DNA from: an uncultured Muribaculaceae bacterium
Lineage (GTDB): Bacteria; Pseudomonadota; Alphaproteobacteria; Rs-D84
Direction: 5' to 3'
Length of the DNA stretch: 64,000 nucleotides
NCBI GenBank assembly: GCA_964576135.1
Contig: CAZNTZ010000001.1
Coordinates: forward strand, 5,792 to 69,791
Under the pieces are notes generated by a model. The model saw only the letters and a program-made list of their open reading frames with translations, was not told the DNA's origin and ran no database searches. This document shows positions 57,587 through 64,000 of this stretch, one piece after another (position 1 is the first letter of the stretch; every line of letters starts with the position of its first letter). The position numbers and the translations under genes were made by a program.

Positions 57587-58453
57587 AATCACGCCGTTTA
57601 TTAAGTTTATATCACTGGGGATTATTGTTTCAATTTTTGTTTTTCTGAATACTGCCAATGGTAATACTGCACCTGCGCGCGCGCCATCCATCCACTTTGG
57701 ATTATCTGGCATCAATGCCCGCAAGTCATCCATAGTCATTTCAAAAAATATACGCATAGTCCCAGCAATAAATCCAATCAATGAAACTTGGAACGGATGA
57801 TTTGCATCATCAAACATTGTGTTTTTTTCCAAGGGGTATCCAGACATTTTTTCAAAACGCAATTCGCCTGTGAACAATGCAAAATCATAATCAGTATCAA
57901 AATTTACATCTGAAATTTTTGATGCACAGAAATCTTCGATTCTATTCAATTCAACTGCTGCGACTGATTCATTGATTTCTGGAAATGCAGCATTTATATC
58001 TGCGACACCAATTCGTAATAATTGCGTCGTCGTTGTGCCATCGCGGCGATATGTAACCAATTCTGTTGTTTTGCCACCCATATTGATGACGAGTACTTTC
58101 TTACCGCCATAATTTAATTCGGATGCACGTTTCAGATATGCACCTTCTTGTTCGTGGGTTATAATATTAAAATCAAAACCTAAACGATGAACAAATTCAG
58201 AACGAATATCTTGGACTTGGCTGTCTGGGATTTCACGCCAAATTCCGGTTGCAAAAGTTTTTGTATCATTAGGCAAATTCAAAGACAATAGATGTTCAAC
58301 CAATGCGTCAATCTTGGCCGGTGAAACACCAGTAATTTGGTCGAAACCTTCTTTGAAAAACAGAGATTTTTCTTTGACCAGATCCAAGTGACCATCGCTT
58401 GCGCTGTATGTCTTTACGGTGCCAGATCCGACATCAACATAATACTTTGTCAT
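57578..58453 (-). CDS. Ppx/GppA-family phosphatase-like protein (ASKHA fold), short form
   Basis: MTKYYVDVGSGTVKTY (phosphate-1 motif DxGxxxxK). About 290 aa, consistent with the N-terminal two-domain ASKHA core. ORF track starts at TTG 58519. Confidence 0.5.
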   Translation of the reverse strand: MTKYYVDVGSGTVKTYSASDGHLDLVKEKSLFFKEGFDQITGVSPAKIDALVEHLLSLNLPNDTKTFATGIWREIPDSQVQDIRSEFVHRLGFDFNIITHEQEGAYLKRASELNYGGKKVLVINMGGKTTELVTYRRDGTTTTQLLRIGVADINAAFPEINESVAAVELNRIEDFCASKISDVNFDTDYDFALFTGELRFEKMSGYPLEKNTMFDDANHPFQVSLIGFIAGTMRIFFEMTMDDLRALMPDNPKWMDGARAGAVLPLAVFRKTKIETIIPSDINLINGVIEK

Positions 58454-58529
58454 GGGAACCCCCGTGGTTAGTATGTTGAACTTACGTGAGAGTTTAATAA
58501 AACCAATACAAAAATTCAAGCATATTATT

Positions 58530-58560
58530 AAATAAAAAACGCGCCTTTACTTGGCGCGTT
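58530..58560 (-). terminator. terminator downstream of the 853-aa Cys-rich gene
   Basis: aaataaaaaACGCGCCtttacttGGCGCGT. T-run on the minus strand. Confidence 0.6.
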
Positions 58561-58568
58561 TCATTTTA

Positions 58569-61130
58569 TTACATTGCTATGTCTTCGCATTTTTCAACTG
58601 GATCAGATGATGTACAGTTGGTTTTGCGACTGTCCCACAATCCAAATAGTCCGCGACTGCCACTGGTCTTGCAATCTTGTTTTACAGTCGATTTACATAA
58701 ATGACAGTTTCTGGCGTCACGGTTAAATATCGCCCAAGTTTCAGTTGTTACACCACCGGCAGTTACTTTGAATTTATAACCTTCTTGTTTAAGTCCACCC
58801 ATTTGGCTTTGTCCATGACCACCGGTCATTAATTGATCAGTTGTCAGTCCTGCACCAACGTCATATGAAATCGCGTACGGCGGTGTCAGCGGGGTTGATA
58901 ATGGATCTGGCGCATCACCAGATGTAGTGGTAGTTGCGCCACTTGATTCTGCCATTTTCTGACACATGTATTGTGCTAAATCTGCTGACGCACCCTTGGT
59001 TGCATCTGAAATTGCCTTATTAACCTTTTTATTATAATTTTCATTTGCCTGACGTAATGCAGCAATTGCAATTTGCATTTTAACACTGTTCAAAAGGTTT
59101 GGAAAACGTGCACTTGTCTTTTCGGATTTACCAGTGACTTGTTCCAAACTGCGTCCACTGATGCAATATTGAATTTTTGGATCTTGTTCAATCATTTGGG
59201 TTACACGATTGATTGTTCCAGCAATATTGTTTAACTCTTCTTCAACAGATGTGATTATACCGGCGGCATTTGCCACAGATGTATTTTCTCTGCGAACCTT
59301 TGCAATATATTCTTCAACCCCAAGTTGTCCAGGCGCAAGAATCGTAGTGGTACCATCTTCGGCAACGTCTTTGGTTTTTCCAGAGGCATCACCCATTTTG
59401 ATTGAACCAAAAGAAATCATTCCAGTAACGCGATAAATTGTTCCATCTTTCTGGGACTTTATTGAACTTGTACCAATTGTATCATCGCTGGCAAATTTAT
59501 TACAATCTGTCGTTGAACCACAAACTTCTTCCATTTTTGTGCTGACCAGGTTCTGGCAATTTTCAAGTGCAGAATTATCAATATTCAAATACAGACCCAT
59601 CAACATTGAATCCAAATCATCCATAGCAAACTGTGGGTTATTTTGTTTGCAGACAACCAATTTATCAATTGGGCAAATATCATGAATATATTTATAATCC
59701 ATACCGACACATTTTTCGAAATTTGAACCGCAACGATCATCAGATGTAAAACAATCTTTGACTTCTTGGGTGCAACGATCGACACGCATAGATTTTAATT
59801 TATCTGTGACATAACCCCAAATCAAAGGCTCCATACGTTCGCAAGCGTCAATTTGAACTTTACAAAAGCTGCGCGCCATTTCTGGACGTGATAAACACGA
59901 ATCCATTGTTGCTACACCTTTGCCTTCGATATCATCTTTACATGCAGTTTGTATACATGCAGAAATATCAGTCAAACATGATTGACGACGTTTTGATTCA
60001 TTATTAAGTTCAGCAATTTTCAAATCTGGTGCAACTTCTCGGATAAAATCTGACCAAACATTATCACGCACAGCAACGCATTGATCTAAAACTTTTTCAC
60101 AAATATTACGTTTTGAATCTAAAGATTCCATTGTTGAATCTGCTATTTCAAACTTTGCAACTGTCTGAATATTTGAACCAGCAGTGCTGACAGTTTTAGA
60201 TTGCATATTTTCATATGCAACTTCGCCAACACATTTTGACCAATCAGATCCGCAAACATCGGTACCATTCATACATTTTCTGAATTCCAACATACATTGT
60301 CCGCGATCAAATTTATTTGATGATTCAAACGAAGTAAGTCTTGCATCGCGAATACTTTTTTGTGCATTAGCAAAAACCGTATTCACAGATTCCTGCATTT
60401 TTGCAATAGTATTTCCAAATGCACGACAATCGTTTCTGACCTGTGTCGTGTAAAGCTGGGTTAACAGATTTGCATCAGAATTGCATGAATCAGGCATACG
60501 CGAAATACATAAATCACGCGCCCCAACTTGCAAAGCATCACCTGTTTTAGTGCTGAGATTTTGTTCATTTTCAGTAAAAATATCTTCAGATTCATCGGGA
60601 GAAGATGTATTCCACATAGAAAGCAAATTTGCTTTTTTATTTTTTGCTTCGGTATCTTCCAGAGAAATAACGTTTCCCGAAGAATCATAACTGCGCTCTC
60701 CACCGAAAACAATATCTGCCTTGGCACCGGCTTGGATTTTTTCGACTTCTACTGTGCTTAATGTTTGTGCATTGGCTAACTTTGAATTCATTTCAGAAAT
60801 CTGTTTTTTATAACCAACACCTTCGTCAGAACATGCGCATGTACCACCATCCAAAGTTACTGGACCGTCTGGAATATTCAATACAGTACTGTCGCCTGCG
60901 CAAAATTGATCCATACAACCAAAGTAAGAATTATAACAATCTTGGGAATAAATATTCGATGCTTCTACCTTGGCACGAACACCGGTCGCATTTCCAACAA
61001 CACTAACTGTCTTTGCACCACCAGTTCTGGCCGCAATGGTTGCCGCAGAAACTGATAATGGCACAATACAAGACACAGACAATGCCAATATCCAAATATT
61101 TAATTTTGCTTTTATCATTAATCTCTCCAC
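58569..61130 (-). CDS. giant secreted cysteine-rich protein, paralog A (853 aa), unknown family
   Basis: Signal peptide MERLMIKAKLNIWILALSVSCIVPLSVSA. More than 40 Cys. Shares conserved blocks with the upstream paralog (CMDQFC, CACSD, GAKA(D/N)(I/L)VFG, VLDQC(V/M)AVRD, RNCH(L/I)C, C-terminal CED(I/V)xM). Confidence 0.6.
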   Translation of the reverse strand: MERLMIKAKLNIWILALSVSCIVPLSVSAATIAARTGGAKTVSVVGNATGVRAKVEASNIYSQDCYNSYFGCMDQFCAGDSTVLNIPDGPVTLDGGTCACSDEGVGYKKQISEMNSKLANAQTLSTVEVEKIQAGAKADIVFGGERSYDSSGNVISLEDTEAKNKKANLLSMWNTSSPDESEDIFTENEQNLSTKTGDALQVGARDLCISRMPDSCNSDANLLTQLYTTQVRNDCRAFGNTIAKMQESVNTVFANAQKSIRDARLTSFESSNKFDRGQCMLEFRKCMNGTDVCGSDWSKCVGEVAYENMQSKTVSTAGSNIQTVAKFEIADSTMESLDSKRNICEKVLDQCVAVRDNVWSDFIREVAPDLKIAELNNESKRRQSCLTDISACIQTACKDDIEGKGVATMDSCLSRPEMARSFCKVQIDACERMEPLIWGYVTDKLKSMRVDRCTQEVKDCFTSDDRCGSNFEKCVGMDYKYIHDICPIDKLVVCKQNNPQFAMDDLDSMLMGLYLNIDNSALENCQNLVSTKMEEVCGSTTDCNKFASDDTIGTSSIKSQKDGTIYRVTGMISFGSIKMGDASGKTKDVAEDGTTTILAPGQLGVEEYIAKVRRENTSVANAAGIITSVEEELNNIAGTINRVTQMIEQDPKIQYCISGRSLEQVTGKSEKTSARFPNLLNSVKMQIAIAALRQANENYNKKVNKAISDATKGASADLAQYMCQKMAESSGATTTTSGDAPDPLSTPLTPPYAISYDVGAGLTTDQLMTGGHGQSQMGGLKQEGYKFKVTAGGVTTETWAIFNRDARNCHLCKSTVKQDCKTSGSRGLFGLWDSRKTNCTSSDPVEKCEDIAM

Positions 61131-61150
61131 AAAATAATTTTATCTGTGTT

Positions 61151-63334
61151 TTACATATTCACATCTTCGCAAGATTCTATTTCTTGACAGAAAGTTTGCT
61201 TACCACCTGTGAATAATCCACCAATTGCGCCTGCAACACCGCCGATCAGACTGCCCCAACCTGGCAAAGCAGCTGTACCCATCGCTGCACCACCGGCTGC
61301 CATTTTTGCGGCAGATGCTGCTTTTGATTCGCCACCTTGTTCACAAACTTTTTGAACACGACAAATATGACAATTACGAAGCGATGGTTCAAATGAAACA
61401 GATGTTACCCAAACGCCCGGATTGTTTCCACCGCGATCACCTTTGTTTGAATCTTTTTCTGACGCAAATAAATCATCACAAGCAGCACGTGCTGATTCTA
61501 CATCTTCTTGTTTTGCAAGCTCTGCTTTGCGCGACACATATGCACGTTCGGCACGTTTTTCAGCATTAAATTTTGCCAATGTTTTCGCAGTATTAAATAT
61601 ACTTACACCCAATTTATTTCTGCCAGATGGCTTATTTGTATCACTGCATGCAGCAACCGTTTGGTCTTTTTCAAACTGAACAAAAAATTCATCAACTGCG
61701 GCATCTGCATTTGTGCGCCAATCAACCTTGTCTGTTGATTTTTTCATTGCAGCAATTTGACCGTCTGCCGGCAAACATGCCATATCTGTACCACAAACAC
61801 GACCCAAAGCTTCTGCAAAATGATTAACACAACCAACCATCATTTGGTAATTCATCTGGAGCAATGCTGCAGAAACAATAACATCAAATTGATTTTGTCC
61901 ACGGCAAGATGGAAACATATTTTGTGGGCACATTGCAATAATGTCTTTAGAGCTTTTACCAACACATTCAGCTTTGTCGTAATTTACACCACATTTATCT
62001 TGTAAACATTTATCCACATCGTTCTGGCAGAATTGAATTCTTAAAAACCCAAGTCTGTCACCAACAGAATTTTTAATTCCTGGAACCATTGATTCACACT
62101 CTTCAATCACAGGACAAATTCCTGACGCAATATTAACATTATCAAGACATTGTGAATTTGTGTCCGTTGAACATGAATTTTCTAAACAATCTTGTATACG
62201 TGCAAAGCAAGTTCCACGACGATTCTGATCTGCGAATTTTGCAGCATTTTCTAAAACCAGTTTCGATTCGTCTTGCCAATCTTTCTTAACATAGTCGCGC
62301 ACAGCCATACATTGATCCAAAACATTATCACACGCATTGCCGCGTCTTGCCAATAAATCAGTATCAAGGCAATTTTCAAAATTCGCGCCACAACCACCTT
62401 TATCTGCAACACAAGATTTATAAGCGATCAAACATTCACCACGATTATATTTATTAGTAGTATCAAGCATCGCAAGACGTGCTTCACGCACAGCTTTTTC
62501 TGCGGCTGTCTTATTATCGCTTGCTATTTTTTTCTGATCATCAAGGAATGTGCTGAAAGTTTTGCAATCGCTTGTAACCTCACGACTATAAAGTAATTCT
62601 TCCATATTAGCGTCAGATCCACATGCTGTCAGACGATCTTTACATGATTCCGCAGCCATATTATAAAGGTTTGTACCAATATACATATCCGAATCGAGAC
62701 TTTCTCCATTATCAGAACTGCCGCCGCCAACCCAATCAGCCAAACTCATTCCGGTGACTTTGGATTGTGCCTTGGCTTTATCACTTGTTCCAAAAACTAA
62801 ATTTGCTTTGGCCCCAAGTTTTTCACGTTCAACACCTTCGGTATAAAGTTTATCAGCAGATGATTGAATATCGCTGATTTCTTTAATTCTTGATTTTGAT
62901 TGAATAATATTGTCAGAACAAGCGCAACGGGCACCTTCGGAATCATCAAGCAAACAAAATTGATCCATACAACTGCGATAAGCATCGCGGCAACCCCCAC
63001 CCGTTGTTGTACCAGATTGTGTTGTTTGTGTATTTATTGTTGTTCCTGTCGCAGTGGACACAGATGCAATTACCCCAGGCTGTGCAGTTGTCGTTGTTAC
63101 AGAACCTTCGACAGTACCATCAGGCAAAGTACATTTTCCCGCAACCACAACTGAATTAGAATTTTTGCATGCAGGCGCAGATGGAACACCGCCAGCGGCA
63201 CGGGTTGATGCCTGCGAAATTCGAAGCCCTACACGACTTGAATCAATTGCGTCAGCGCGACTTGCCGCATTTGCAGAAGATATATAAAACAAACTGACCA
63301 GCGTAAATAACGCCGCAAAGAATTTCTTTGTCAT
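61151..63334 (-). CDS. giant secreted cysteine-rich protein, paralog B (727 aa), unknown family
   Basis: Signal peptide MTKKFFAALFTLVSLFYISSANA. Thr-rich linker. More than 40 Cys. C-terminal Gly/Ala-rich hydrophobic stretch then CQEIESCEDVNM. 20-nt gap to paralog A, so probably co-transcribed. Confidence 0.6.
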   Translation of the reverse strand: MTKKFFAALFTLVSLFYISSANAASRADAIDSSRVGLRISQASTRAAGGVPSAPACKNSNSVVVAGKCTLPDGTVEGSVTTTTAQPGVIASVSTATGTTINTQTTQSGTTTGGGCRDAYRSCMDQFCLLDDSEGARCACSDNIIQSKSRIKEISDIQSSADKLYTEGVEREKLGAKANLVFGTSDKAKAQSKVTGMSLADWVGGGSSDNGESLDSDMYIGTNLYNMAAESCKDRLTACGSDANMEELLYSREVTSDCKTFSTFLDDQKKIASDNKTAAEKAVREARLAMLDTTNKYNRGECLIAYKSCVADKGGCGANFENCLDTDLLARRGNACDNVLDQCMAVRDYVKKDWQDESKLVLENAAKFADQNRRGTCFARIQDCLENSCSTDTNSQCLDNVNIASGICPVIEECESMVPGIKNSVGDRLGFLRIQFCQNDVDKCLQDKCGVNYDKAECVGKSSKDIIAMCPQNMFPSCRGQNQFDVIVSAALLQMNYQMMVGCVNHFAEALGRVCGTDMACLPADGQIAAMKKSTDKVDWRTNADAAVDEFFVQFEKDQTVAACSDTNKPSGRNKLGVSIFNTAKTLAKFNAEKRAERAYVSRKAELAKQEDVESARAACDDLFASEKDSNKGDRGGNNPGVWVTSVSFEPSLRNCHICRVQKVCEQGGESKAASAAKMAAGGAAMGTAALPGWGSLIGGVAGAIGGLFTGGKQTFCQEIESCEDVNM

Positions 63335-63479
63335 CCCACCTATCCTGTATACTTATTATTTATTTTATCAAAGTTTTCAAAATTGGGCAACGATAAAATT
63401 CACCCCCAAAGCGGAATAAACCTGATTTCTAAAAAATTCTTGCATTTAACTAATTTTGCCGGTATAGTTTCCCAGCATT

Positions 63480-63556
63480 GCACCCATAGCACAATTGGAT
63501 AATGCGTCTGACTACGGATCAGAAGATTAGGGGTTCGAGTCCTCTTGGGTGCGCCA
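63480..63556 (+). tRNA. tRNA-Arg (anticodon ACG)
   Basis: GCACCCATAGCACAATTGGATAATGCGTCTGACTACGGATCAGAAGATTAGGGGTTCGAGTCCTCTTGGGTGCGCCA. Perfect 7-bp acceptor stem. Loop CTACGGA. D-stem slightly irregular. Confidence 0.8.
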
Positions 63557-63582
63557 AAATTACATCAAAGGATTATTTTCAA

Positions 63583-63915
63583 ATGTTTTCTGTATTGCTT
63601 GTTCTTTTGATAATCGTATCTGTAATAATGATCGGTGTCATTTTAATTCAAAAATCCGAAGGTTCTGGCATATCTGGTCAATCCGCGGCATCTATGTTTG
63701 GTGGTGCTTTGACCGGCGCTTCGGCTGGAAACTTTTTAACAAAGACAACTGCATGGCTCGCAACTATATTTTTTGTTTTATGTGCTGCGCTGGCATTGAT
63801 TGTTTCAAACGATAGCAAACACGCACGTCAATCAGAATTACGTTCTGAATTGGTTGCCCCAGAACAGACACAACCTGCCCCAGTTGAACAACCAATACAA
63901 ATCCCAGAAAATTAA
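63583..63915 (+). CDS. secG: preprotein translocase subunit SecG
   Basis: MFSVLLVLLIIVSVIMIGVILIQKSEGSG...GGALTGASAGNFLTKTTAWLATIFFVL... ORF track starts inside tRNA-Arg; the real start is ATG 63583. Confidence 0.85.
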   Translation: MFSVLLVLLIIVSVIMIGVILIQKSEGSGISGQSAASMFGGALTGASAGNFLTKTTAWLATIFFVLCAALALIVSNDSKHARQSELRSELVAPEQTQPAPVEQPIQIPEN

Positions 63916-63935
63916 ATAAAAAATATGAGATTATA

Positions 63936-63962
63936 AAAATCCGGCATATTGCCGGATTTTTT
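63936..63962 (+). terminator. rho-independent terminator after secG
   Basis: aaaaATCCGGCATATTGCCGGATttttttaa. Confidence 0.75.
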
Positions 63963-64000
63963 AATTCATTATTTTTATTGTTATGCTTGTTGTTGACCAG

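Noticed and set aside
57406-57588. 60-aa minus-strand ORF over tRNA-Pro
   Set aside because: Overlaps the tRNA-Pro gene and its terminator. Spurious.

Overview
This is an AT-rich bacterial chromosomal segment (about one-third GC by eye; low-GC codon usage). It is a dense housekeeping backbone with accessory or lineage-specific genes inserted among the housekeeping genes.

Housekeeping genes recognised from the translations:
- Central metabolism: eno, gap, and a single-chain pyruvate:ferredoxin oxidoreductase.
- Replication/repair/recombination: ssb, recO, priA, and a XerC/D-type recombinase.
- Translation and ribosome: tyrS, lysS, rpsB-tsf, rpsF-rpsR-rplI, era, queA, tgt, miaA, tilS.
- Chaperones and proteases: groES-groEL, ftsH, ctpA.
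- Envelope: murJ, rlpA, bamD, bamE-like, an EnvC-like M23 protein, and a DsbA-like oxidoreductase.
- Regulation and secretion: carD and secG.
- Six tRNAs: Ala and Lys on the minus strand; Gly, Gln, Pro and Arg on the plus strand.

Synteny (tilS-ftsH, rpsB-tsf, CarD/CdnL, miaA overlapping priA) is compatible with an alphaproteobacterium-like, possibly host-associated lineage. I cannot assign taxonomy from sequence alone.

Accessory or unusual content:
- A 1220-aa autotransporter.
- A catalytically degenerate Fic/Doc-like protein inserted between envC-like and ctpA.
- Two small secreted Cys-rich proteins at separate loci.
- A tandem pair of paralogous giant (853 and 727 aa) secreted Cys-rich proteins of no family I recognise.
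- An 868-aa orphan protein with a weak archaeo-eukaryotic-primase-like motif, next to a polytopic-membrane/spermidine-synthase-like fusion protein.
- A MotA/MotB-type stator-like pair whose B subunit carries a ~250-aa coiled coil.
- A tRNA-Gln whose 3' end is duplicated as a 21-bp direct repeat 158 bp downstream (att-like scar). A lone VirB11/TrbB-family ATPase, hypothetical envelope proteins and the XerC/D recombinase lie nearby.
- Recurring GC-rich terminator hairpin families.

No CRISPR array, transposase or rRNA is evident.
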